From a bacterium (lineage in GTDB: Bacteria; Verrucomicrobiota; Kiritimatiellia; SPBP01): DNA of 46,252 bases. The notes beneath the pieces were generated by a model. The model was not told the DNA's origin. It did no database searches and worked only from the letters and a program-made list of their open reading frames with translations. A program made the translations under genes and the position numbers. The DNA lies in contig JBAXMA010000003.1 of NCBI GenBank assembly GCA_037134535.1, positions 1-46,252 of the forward strand, written 5' to 3'. Shown one piece after another: positions 1-8,466 of this stretch. Position 1 is the stretch's first letter. Every line of letters starts with the position of its first letter.

Positions 1-1100
1 CTATTTAACAAAGACCCCGATATTATGGGGTATTTTGCAATATCGGAGGGCCTTATCATCATCCCCAGGTCAGCCTTGTTGAGAACTACTATTGTCCTCT
101 CGGGAGGCAGGCTATTTAGTTCCAGTCTGTCTGCATCGCTGAGCTGTTGGGATGCATCCAGTACATGAATGTGAAGGTCGGCTTTTTCAATCTGAGATCT
201 GGCACGGAGGACGCCCTGGCTTTCAACATCACAGTCAGTTGAGCGAAGGCCGGCAGTATCAACCAGACGAAGCAGAACGCCATCGAGCAGAAGATTCTCC
301 TCGATGGTGTCGCGAGTAGTTCCCGGCAAGTCGGCGACTATTGAGCGATCGACTCCAAGAAGAGCATTGAAGAGAGTGGACTTGCCCACATTCGGTTTAC
401 CTGAGATTACGGTCAATGCGCCATCTCTCAGGATGTGGCCTTCGTTCCAGGTGGAGAGCATATTCATCAAATTCGCGAGAAGGGCTTTTGCCTGAATAGC
501 TTTCTCGGAGATTAGAAGTGGCGGCATTTCGTCGTCAGCAAAGTCCAATGCCGCCTCAAGGGCTGTAATAAGCGAGAGTATATTAGCATAACTCGTTGCG
601 CACCAATCACTTAGCGCTCCATTAAGTTGTTCCACTGCTGCTGTAGCGGCACGATCTGAAGATGCGCGGATGAGGTCCAGCACGGCTTCCGCTTGGACGA
701 GATCGATCCGTCCATTGAGAAAGGCTCGTTTTGTGAACTCGCCGGGTTCGGCAAGTCGCGCACCAGAATCCAGTAGTCTTCGCAGAATGCGCTGTGCCGA
801 TATACTGCCGCCGTGACCCTGAATCTCAACAATATCCTCACGCGTGTAGCTGTGGGGTGCCCTGAAGATCAGAAGAAGCGCCTCATCAATATCGGGAGCC
901 GGGACCTGGTCGGAAGATGGGCCCATTACATAACCGTGGACGAACGTGCCGCCTTTTCGTCTGGACGGTGGCGGCTCACTGCAACGGAAGACTCTGTCCG
1001 CCACTTTCAGACTTTCAGGGCCCGATACACGGATCACGCTTATTCCGCCCTCGCCAGCGGCCGTTGCTATTGCTGCAATTGTGTCTTCAGAGGTTTTCAT
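1..1100 (-). CDS. mnmE: tRNA modification GTPase MnmE (3' end runs off the window)
   Basis: Manual translation of the minus strand from ATG at 1100 gives MKTSEDTIAAIATAAGEGGISVIRVSG. It also contains AEPGEFTKRAFLNGRIDL, G1 GKPNVGKSTLFN, GTTRD, DTAGLR and NKAD. It is absent from the ORF track because it has no stop in the window. Confidence 0.96.
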   Translation of the reverse strand, partial: MKTSEDTIAAIATAAGEGGISVIRVSGPESLKVADRVFRCSEPPPSRRKGGTFVHGYVMGPSSDQVPAPDIDEALLLIFRAPHSYTREDIVEIQGHGGSISAQRILRRLLDSGARLAEPGEFTKRAFLNGRIDLVQAEAVLDLIRASSDRAATAAVEQLNGALSDWCATSYANILSLITALEAALDFADDEMPPLLISEKAIQAKALLANLMNMLSTWNEGHILRDGALTVISGKPNVGKSTLFNALLGVDRSIVADLPGTTRDTIEENLLLDGVLLRLVDTAGLRSTDCDVESQGVLRARSQIEKADLHIHVLDASQQLSDADRLELNSLPPERTIVVLNKADLGMMIRPSDIAKYPIISGSLLN

Positions 1101-1316
1101 GGTTCAGTTACGATCATATCGGTATCCGCGACTGGCCGCAATAACCGCTTTCAACTATCCCCGGGCGTTTCGAGGTGGACCGTGCTTTGGTCCTTTCTTT
1201 CACGACCGGCCGACGATATAGTCCGTCAGTTTCCATGGGTATCTATACTCAACATCAGAAACGTGTGCGCGGAGTGGCAGTCTCTTTTGACGGTTTGCTG
1301 TAACGAGGATATCGAC

Positions 1317-2429
1317 ATGCACCACCAGGAACTGGATAGAGGACGTTTCTTGAGTTGGCCGTTGAAGGAGCGTGGCAACAGGGTCATGATCGAACGGGAC
1401 GTGGTCTCCGTGGATGCGGAACCGTGCGGCCTCTCCGCACAGGTGCTGGATACACTACACGAAACGGTCGCCAGGATTGTGAAGGCTCGCAAGAATGGCA
1501 AGTCGGTCATGTTGACCTTCGGTGCGCATGCCATAAAAAACGGGATGGGCCTGGTTCTTGGTAAACTGATAGAGGACGGCTGGGTCACACATCTTGCCAC
1601 CAATGGCGCCGGCGTTATCCACGATTGGGAAATAGCCTATCAGGGCGCAACAAGTGAGGATGTGCGAGCCAATATCGAGAGCGGCCGGTTTGGTGCCTGG
1701 CAGGAAACCGGATATTTAATCAATCTGGCGATCGCCGTCGGCGCATACGAGGGACTGGGCTACGGTGAGTCGGTCGGAAAGCTGATACAAACTGATAGTC
1801 TGCAGATTCCGAACACGTCTGATTTGATCAGCGTGGTGCAGCACGTCAGAACTGATCCGGACCAGAGCGCAGCTGCAGCTGACCTCCTCGCAACAATAAA
1901 GAGTCAATCGCTCGCGGCCGGTGAGCTTCAGGTGCTTCACCCGTTCAAGCAATATAGTATTCAGGCTGCGGCCTATCGTCTCAATGTTCCCTTTACCGGG
2001 CATCCAATGATCGGCCATGATATCATATATAACCATCCTGCCAATAATGGAGGGGCGATCGGGCGTGCCGGGGTGAGGGACTATCTGGCATTTGCGGATA
2101 GTGTTGCGAGGCTCGACGGAGGAGTTTATCTCTCCGTAGGATCTGCAGTGATGTCGCCCATGATTTTCGAGAAAGCCCTGGCTCTATGTCAGAACCTTTG
2201 CATGCAGAAGGGTGGACGCATCACGGATCATTTTGTTGTTGTTGTCGATCTTCTGCAAGCCGGCGGCGAATGGAAAGATGACAGAGAGCCACCTCCGTCA
2301 AGTGCATCATACTATCAGCGCAACGTGAAGACCTTCAGCCGGATGGGTGGGACGATGCGCTATGTATGCGCTGATGGCCGCGATGTGCTTCTGGCATTGT
2401 ACAGGGAATTACGGCGGGAGCAACGTTGA
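1317..2429 (+). CDS. Deoxyhypusine-synthase-like (GSU2086-type) protein of unknown function
   Basis: Start reassigned to ATG 1317 (GAGGA RBS); the track's 813 start overlaps mnmE. Motifs: FGAHAIKNG, HLATNGAGVIHDWE, TGHPMIGHDIIY, GGVYLSVGSAVMSPMIFEKAL. Confidence 0.7.
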   Translation: MHHQELDRGRFLSWPLKERGNRVMIERDVVSVDAEPCGLSAQVLDTLHETVARIVKARKNGKSVMLTFGAHAIKNGMGLVLGKLIEDGWVTHLATNGAGVIHDWEIAYQGATSEDVRANIESGRFGAWQETGYLINLAIAVGAYEGLGYGESVGKLIQTDSLQIPNTSDLISVVQHVRTDPDQSAAAADLLATIKSQSLAAGELQVLHPFKQYSIQAAAYRLNVPFTGHPMIGHDIIYNHPANNGGAIGRAGVRDYLAFADSVARLDGGVYLSVGSAVMSPMIFEKALALCQNLCMQKGGRITDHFVVVVDLLQAGGEWKDDREPPPSSASYYQRNVKTFSRMGGTMRYVCADGRDVLLALYRELRREQR

Positions 2430-2454
2430 CAGAAACAAGTCGGTCATATAGCAT
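2426..2454 (+). promoter_or_regulatory. Sigma70-like promoter for the pseudo-nuclease/cyclase operon
   Basis: TTGACA (2426-2431), 17 bp spacer, TAGCAT (2449-2454). Confidence 0.6.
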
Positions 2455-2588
2455 CGCTCTAAATCTGCAGGATTGGTACGGTCCTGGTACCGTACCGTCG
2501 ACTCCATCAGAGCGGACTTGAATTCTGGCTTTTTGTGATCGAGTGGCGGTTGCGGCAGGCCGAACCCATGACAAGGAGGACCAGTTTC

Positions 2589-3590
2589 ATGAGACGATTG
2601 TGTTGCGTTCTAGCTCTCTGTTTTGTGGCGACATGGCTGTTCGCGGCGGAAAGCGAGCACGTCATTCTTGGTAAGCCTGTGGGCGGATACTCCGTCAACC
2701 ATCTTGGATATTCCTGCGGTTACAGAGCAAAGCTGGGCTGTTCTGCCTGGGTTGCATACCATCTGAAGTCCGAGTATTTCGAACAGGACCGGGTTCTCAA
2801 AGGTGGACAGCAGTTGTATTCGGATCCTGCGATTACTGCATCCGGTCTGAATGCGCCTGGACCTGACGATCTGAAAGAGTCCAGTCTGATCCCGCTTTTT
2901 TTCCTGCCGCATGATAGCGCGCTGGGGCGGGGCCAGGCGTGCGAGAAGGAGGTCTACTCACTCGCAAATGTGGCGGCAGCCAGGGAGAGTGAGACCTTGT
3001 TCAAAGTATGGCGCGAACTCGATGCTGCAATCAGGCAGTGGGCGCAGGACTATAAGGAAGTATGGGTTATTGCCGGGCCGATTTTTGCGGAAGACCCGGA
3101 GAGAACCGCCTCGCGGAAGATGGCCATTCCAAGTGAGTATTATAAGATTGTTGTACGAAAAGATGGTGACACTATCAAGACGGTAGCGTTCAGAATTCCA
3201 CAGGACGCATCAGGAAACATCAGTCAGCATCTTGCGTCAATTGTGGACATTGAGAAACAGACGGACTTGGAATTCTTCCCGGATCTTCCGCGCGATCAGC
3301 GCAAAGCCATCAAATCGGTTGCTCAGCCCATGTGGGAACTTGCTGCCACGAAAGGTGGTGCTCCTGTGAAGAACAAGGGTTCGGCTGCCATGGGCGGCAG
3401 TGGGCCCGCCAAAGGCGGGGCCCAGGGGAGCGATGCCGGCAAGAGTGCTGCCGCGGCCGGAGGCGACGGAAAAGTGTGGGTCATCGGGGACAAGTTCTAC
3501 AAGGCGGGCTCCAAAGAATACGGCAAAGGCAACGGCACGACAATGGATTACGAGGCAGCTACCCAGCTTGGTTTTGTGCCGGGAAACTAA
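2589..3590 (+). CDS. Secreted DNA/RNA non-specific endonuclease (NucA/Serratia family) homologue, predicted catalytically inactive
   Basis: AAGGAGGA RBS before ATG 2589 and a signal peptide. Family motifs: GYSCGY..SAWVAYHL, WVIAGPIF, IPSEYYKIV, IVDIEKQTDLEFFP. DRGH is replaced by IPLF. A G/A/K-rich linker leads to a small C-terminal domain. Confidence 0.8.
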   Translation: MRRLCCVLALCFVATWLFAAESEHVILGKPVGGYSVNHLGYSCGYRAKLGCSAWVAYHLKSEYFEQDRVLKGGQQLYSDPAITASGLNAPGPDDLKESSLIPLFFLPHDSALGRGQACEKEVYSLANVAAARESETLFKVWRELDAAIRQWAQDYKEVWVIAGPIFAEDPERTASRKMAIPSEYYKIVVRKDGDTIKTVAFRIPQDASGNISQHLASIVDIEKQTDLEFFPDLPRDQRKAIKSVAQPMWELAATKGGAPVKNKGSAAMGGSGPAKGGAQGSDAGKSAAAAGGDGKVWVIGDKFYKAGSKEYGKGNGTTMDYEAATQLGFVPGN

Positions 3591-3611
3591 TGAGGCCTCG
3601 CAATAGTACTC

Positions 3612-5855
3612 ATGAAGAAGTTTTCTCCCGTAATAATTGTCGGTCTGCTCCTCACCCTGTTCTGCGCCGGACTTCACTTTTATGAGCCCGAATTCATCAG
3701 CGCAATCTCGCTCAAGACTTATGATGCATATATGAGGATCGCCAGAGTGCCGCCAAAGGCGGACCGTGTGGTGCTCATAGATATTGATGAGGAAAGTCTG
3801 GCAAGGTACGGGCAGTTCCCATGGCCACGGTACCTGCTTGCCGACCTCACCCGCAAGGTGCTTGATGGCAAGGCATCGGTGCTTGCATTTGACATCACGT
3901 TCGCAGAGCCGGACGGTCAGTCACCAAACATCTTGAAGGCTAATCTGAATTCAAGATTCAACCTTGATATCAAGCTGAATGGAATACCGGACAATCTGAT
4001 GGACTTCGATAGTCTTTTCGCAGGCGCTCTCTCAAAGGCTAAGAAACGTACGATCCTCGGATGTTTCATGTATCCGGCCACAAACATGACGGAGAACGTG
4101 GTTGAGGTTGATCCACACTACAGGCAGCACTTCTACACAAAAGCAGATAACAATACGGGTAAGATCAGCGACTTTCTGATGAAATCGAGCAAGATGACCA
4201 TTTCGATTCCGCGGCTTAGTGAAGCGGCAGGAAACAATGGTTTCTTCAACTCGTTTCCAGACGCGGACAATGTGGTGCGACGGATCCCTTTGTTCATAGC
4301 ATACGGGGCGAACAGATTCTATCCATCTCTTGCTGTTGAGGCTGTCCGGATAGACATGGGTATCGACAAGATCGGCATCGAGTGCGGATTTCAAGGGGTG
4401 GAGCGGCTACGTCTTAAAGACGCGGTCATTCCGACGGATCGTCACGGGCGAATGCTTGTGAACTTCAGGTCGTTCGCCATCAGCGGAGAAGAGAAAGGAA
4501 TTCGTTCCTTCCCATCCAGTCCTGCATGGAAGGTGCTTTCATCAGACTTCGACACAAAGTGGTTCTCAAACAAGATTGTGTTTGTCGGTACGTCAGCAGC
4601 GGGATTGAACGACCGGCGGGCTACGCCGCTGGCAACAGAGAAAGAGGCGGAAATCGCCGGCGTTGAAGTGCATGCAGCGATAGTGGACAACATTGTGAGC
4701 GGTGACGTTCTCTATCAACCGGAATGGCATATGTGGGTTGATCTGGCCACCATAATACTCATGGGAGTATTCCTGACAATTCTCATAGACCGGGGGAAAG
4801 CTCTGCTTTCATTCGTGGCAATGGTCCTTGTCCTCGGGTTGGTTCTGGGTGTGAGTTACTGGTTGTTCCAGTCGGTACACTTCGTATTTATCCCGGTAAA
4901 GCTGTTTGCTTCCACAATCATTATCTATCCGGTGCTCACCATGATCAGATTCTGGCAGGAAGAGCGCCAGAAAAGACATGTGCGCAATATGTTCGGTACC
5001 ATGGTTTCGACCGAAGTCCTGCGCTATCTCGAGAACAATCCGGAAAGCTTTTCGCTGACGGGATTCAAAGCAGAAGCAACAATGTTCTTCTCAGACATTG
5101 CCGGTTTTACCACAATCTCTGAATCTCTACAGCCCGGACGTCTATCAGAACTGCTCAACCAGTATTTGAGTCCTACAACAAAGATAATAATGGCGCGCAA
5201 CGGATACGTGGACAAGTACGAGGGTGATTTGATTATGGCAGAGTGGGGCGTGCCGTTTGCGACTGACGATCATGCGGTTCAGGCTTGTCTGGCGGCAATT
5301 GAACAGCAGGCCCTGCTGGATGAACTCAGACCGGTCCTCAAGCAGGAGTTCGGACATGAAGTTCACGTCCGGATGGGAATCAATACAGGAACCGTAACAG
5401 CAGGCAACATGGGGTCCGATAATAGATTTCAGTACACGGTAATCGGTGATGCGGTCAACCTCGCTCGACGGCTTGAACCCGCAAACAAAGACTACGATAC
5501 CAGGACTATTATCGGAGAAAGCACGTTTGAACGGGCGCGTAGTGCTATCGAAGCCCGACTGCTCGACAAGATAGTCGTAAAGGGGAAGAGTAAGCCCGTC
5601 CTGATCTATGAATTGCTCGGGAAAAAGGGCGAGGTTTCTGAACAGGTCTTGAGAACGGCAAAGTTGTACGAGGAAGCTCTGGCTCTCTACTTCAATCAGA
5701 AATGGGCTGAATCGATAGCCTGCCTCGAGGGTATTCTTGGAGAAAACCCTGCGGATGGGCCAAGTGCAACCCTGCTGCAGCGCGCAAAAGAATTCCTGCG
5801 CACAGCTCCGGGGCGGGACTGGTCCGGCGCGTATCGGCGTGAAGACAAGGAGTAA
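3612..5855 (+). CDS. CHASE2-domain class III adenylate cyclase
   Basis: CHASE2 motifs IDIDEESLARYGQFPWPR, DADNVVRRIPL and GVEVHA, followed by three TM helices. Cyclase motifs FSDIAGFT, VDKYEGD and YTVIGDAVNLARRLE, plus a helical C-terminal tail. Confidence 0.93.
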   Translation: MKKFSPVIIVGLLLTLFCAGLHFYEPEFISAISLKTYDAYMRIARVPPKADRVVLIDIDEESLARYGQFPWPRYLLADLTRKVLDGKASVLAFDITFAEPDGQSPNILKANLNSRFNLDIKLNGIPDNLMDFDSLFAGALSKAKKRTILGCFMYPATNMTENVVEVDPHYRQHFYTKADNNTGKISDFLMKSSKMTISIPRLSEAAGNNGFFNSFPDADNVVRRIPLFIAYGANRFYPSLAVEAVRIDMGIDKIGIECGFQGVERLRLKDAVIPTDRHGRMLVNFRSFAISGEEKGIRSFPSSPAWKVLSSDFDTKWFSNKIVFVGTSAAGLNDRRATPLATEKEAEIAGVEVHAAIVDNIVSGDVLYQPEWHMWVDLATIILMGVFLTILIDRGKALLSFVAMVLVLGLVLGVSYWLFQSVHFVFIPVKLFASTIIIYPVLTMIRFWQEERQKRHVRNMFGTMVSTEVLRYLENNPESFSLTGFKAEATMFFSDIAGFTTISESLQPGRLSELLNQYLSPTTKIIMARNGYVDKYEGDLIMAEWGVPFATDDHAVQACLAAIEQQALLDELRPVLKQEFGHEVHVRMGINTGTVTAGNMGSDNRFQYTVIGDAVNLARRLEPANKDYDTRTIIGESTFERARSAIEARLLDKIVVKGKSKPVLIYELLGKKGEVSEQVLRTAKLYEEALALYFNQKWAESIACLEGILGENPADGPSATLLQRAKEFLRTAPGRDWSGAYRREDKE

Positions 5856-5903
5856 CGATGTGCTCAAAGAGGTGTAATGTGGAGACTGTCAGTGCTTGCG
5901 GAA

Positions 5904-6728
5904 TCAGGTTGAACTGCTGAGAACCATGTTCTCCATGGCTGCTTTTGTGGCCGGGAAAAACTGCCTGGATTGCCGGACGATCTCGTCAATCTCGGTGTCT
6001 GTCCGGGTTGTCTCATGATGGGTGAGGATCAACTCGCTTACACCTGCCTCAAGGGCGAGGTGGACGCCCATCTGCCAATTGCCGTGTCCCCACCCGAGGT
6101 GTTCAATGTATTCGTCGGGCGTATACATCGCGTCGCAGATCAGAATATCAGCGCCGTGACAGAATTTCAGAAATCCAGCGGAAACGTCGGATTGAGTGTG
6201 TTCATGGTCGGTTGCGATAACGATGACTCTGTCACCGCATTCGACCTTATATGATAGGCAGCCCTGCGGGTGCGACACAGGACACCATGAGATCCGCACA
6301 CCATATATTTCAAGGAAGTTCCGGTCCAGCGGCAGGTGCTCAAAGCATCTGCCGGTACCGGAGGCCGTCAGACTGCCCGGCCAGTATGGCTTGGCGAACA
6401 ATGTCCTGAGAGTTGTCGGCCAGTCATCAGTGCGAGCCGGATCACCCATGAAGGTTATCTGCGTGCGAGAATCGTAGAGCGCAGACAAGGACGGCAGTCC
6501 GATAATGTGATCAAGATGAAAATGTGTAAACATGATCGTGATCGGTGGTATGGCGGAACAGCCGGCCAGATCACGGCTCACCGAGGATATGCCGGTCCCG
6601 GCATCGAACACGATCAGCCCCTTGTCTGTCTGCAGGCTGAAACAAGTGGTATTGCCGCCATGCCTGAGCATGTTGCGCCTGCAGACAGGCATGCTTCCTC
6701 GAGCACCGCGTATAATGAATTTGTGCAT
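5904..6728 (-). CDS. MBL-fold metallo-hydrolase (RNase Z/TaR3-like; possible phosphodiesterase)
   Basis: GARGSMP, GGNTTC, DAGTG, THFHLDHIIG (HxHxDH), TDHEH, WGHG, THHE. Confidence 0.88.
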   Translation of the reverse strand: MHKFIIRGARGSMPVCRRNMLRHGGNTTCFSLQTDKGLIVFDAGTGISSVSRDLAGCSAIPPITIMFTHFHLDHIIGLPSLSALYDSRTQITFMGDPARTDDWPTTLRTLFAKPYWPGSLTASGTGRCFEHLPLDRNFLEIYGVRISWCPVSHPQGCLSYKVECGDRVIVIATDHEHTQSDVSAGFLKFCHGADILICDAMYTPDEYIEHLGWGHGNWQMGVHLALEAGVSELILTHHETTRTDTEIDEIVRQSRQFFPATKAAMENMVLSSST

Positions 6729-6822
6729 GACAATACCGTCCCAATTTGGTCAGATACTGATGTGAACGCCATCGACAGTCAAGTCCTTGTGGCAACAAGT
6801 CCGTAGCAGGAGAGAAGTCGCA

Positions 6823-8466
6823 ATGGTTGATGTGCCCGACAAACAAGCCGGAAACTCGCAGCTGTCCGTATCCCAGAGAAGTTTCGCGTTTGTACAGGGA
6901 ATGGGACAGGTCTTCGGGCACAGCGCAATCTACGGGTTGTCTCATTCGGTAACAACCAAGGCAATGAACAACTGTTTCACTATTCTCAGCGAAGTCCTTC
7001 GCGAGAAAGCCGACATAAACATCTCCATCGCTGAGGATGAACTCCTCGTAGACGGTGTCAGGGTGGAGAAGGCACTTCCGGCCATATCTGCCATTTCAAA
7101 ACGATTATCGTCCCTCTCTATTGCCAGTTTCTCATTGACCCGCGGAATCACAGCCAAGGAGCTCGGGAATGTTTTCGAACTGTTACAGGCAACTCCCGAT
7201 GAAATGAGGGCTGCAGGCGGATTTGCTGTCGTGATCAGCACAGTTGGACTAATGCACGTGCGATCAAAGAGAGTAACCACCCAGCAGATCACTGAAGATG
7301 AAGTGGTTGTGTCAAGAAACAGACTGTCCGAAGTTGTCGGTAAGGCCGATATCGGGCATGTGGTCAAGTTCCTGAAAGGCGAGGTTGATTCTTCATCGCC
7401 AGGCCTCAGTGAGCAACTTCAAGCATGCGCAGACGATGTGCAGCAGGTTGGAGCAATGGTTATGCAGGCCGTGAAGCAGCCCGGCGGTTCTGATCCGACA
7501 GAATCGCCTGATAAGATAATCGCGGCAGTCCGGCGGCTATACGACAGCATGTCAGTGGGGGTGGGAAGCCGGACACAAAAAGGCAATAGAGCTCTGGTCA
7601 AATTTCTGGAACAGCTTGAAGGTACGCTTCTGCAGAATATGCGCAAGTCTCACGGAGGAGAGACGCCCCGGGCGGAGGCCATGCTGACACAGGGTCTTGA
7701 AGAAATGAAGGATGAACTAAGGATTGATTCTCTGGCGGGTGAATACGCACGAAAGCGCAGTGCAATCGTCACCAGCGAGAAGCGCATTCTCAGGTATATT
7801 GAGTCTGTAGGTTTGGATGTGGTGCAGAAGACAGGACTGAAAAGCCGATTGATAGAACGAGGGTTGACCGTTGATGAATGGGACGATCTTCTGGACAAAA
7901 GCGGTGTCGGGGACAATATTGCAGCATCGGCTGATCGGTTGGCTGAGGGCATGGCGAGCGCAGAAGTGATGACGGATCTCGCAAAAGCATTGTCGCTTCT
8001 CGCGGCTATGGGCAAAATCGATTTGACAGCCTCTGCTCCCACGGCCATTGCGGCGGCGGATGTCGACCGTGTGCTGGTGCAGGTCGGCGAGGCTGTCGCA
8101 AAGCTTGTCGATCAGACTGACCACAAAATAGAGGCATTCAAGCGCAAGGTAAAAGAACGCCGGCGGGGTAAGCGGGAGACGGGCATAAGCAGGAAGGCGA
8201 TTGTGGCATTTCTTGCCGAAATTGTGCAGGAGTTGCGTCAGCCGCTTGCAGTTATTATGAGTGTCGTTGACTCGATGAAATCGGGAATGCTGGGAGCCCT
8301 CTCGCCACAGCAAACCGCGATGCTCGGTCTGGCGGCGAGCAGTGCGGAGCGTCTCGATCTTCTGATCAGCAAAGTGGCTGATATTTCCGGAATGCCCGTT
8401 GGTTTGTCGCCTGACGCAACGATTCTAGATGCGGTTTACGAAGGTGGAAAGACTGACAAGCTATGA
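6823..8466 (+). CDS. Hypothetical cytoplasmic protein with C-terminal degenerate HisKA (DHp) domain
   Basis: AGGAG RBS before ATG 6823. The C-terminal FLAEIVQELRQPLAVI...AERLDLLISKVADIS resembles an H-box with H replaced by Q. No HATPase domain. ATGA overlap with the next gene. Confidence 0.75.
   Translation: MVDVPDKQAGNSQLSVSQRSFAFVQGMGQVFGHSAIYGLSHSVTTKAMNNCFTILSEVLREKADINISIAEDELLVDGVRVEKALPAISAISKRLSSLSIASFSLTRGITAKELGNVFELLQATPDEMRAAGGFAVVISTVGLMHVRSKRVTTQQITEDEVVVSRNRLSEVVGKADIGHVVKFLKGEVDSSSPGLSEQLQACADDVQQVGAMVMQAVKQPGGSDPTESPDKIIAAVRRLYDSMSVGVGSRTQKGNRALVKFLEQLEGTLLQNMRKSHGGETPRAEAMLTQGLEEMKDELRIDSLAGEYARKRSAIVTSEKRILRYIESVGLDVVQKTGLKSRLIERGLTVDEWDDLLDKSGVGDNIAASADRLAEGMASAEVMTDLAKALSLLAAMGKIDLTASAPTAIAAADVDRVLVQVGEAVAKLVDQTDHKIEAFKRKVKERRRGKRETGISRKAIVAFLAEIVQELRQPLAVIMSVVDSMKSGMLGALSPQQTAMLGLAASSAERLDLLISKVADISGMPVGLSPDATILDAVYEGGKTDKL

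Noticed and set aside
1150-1240. Resemblance to a c-di-GMP-II riboswitch (GGAAACUG...UAUAUC on the minus strand)
   Set aside because: The GGGCAC/GUGCAACC pseudoknot and GGAG kink-turn elements are not present.
813-1316. N-terminal 168-aa extension of the 538-aa ORF
   Set aside because: It overlaps mnmE on the opposite strand. An RBS and the family-like sequence begin at ATG 1317.
2589-6728. CBASS/Pycsar-type anti-phage system (cyclase + nuclease + MBL)
   Set aside because: The cyclase is a membrane CHASE2 sensor with adenylate-specific residues, the nuclease homologue is exported and inactive, and no cNMP-binding effector is present.
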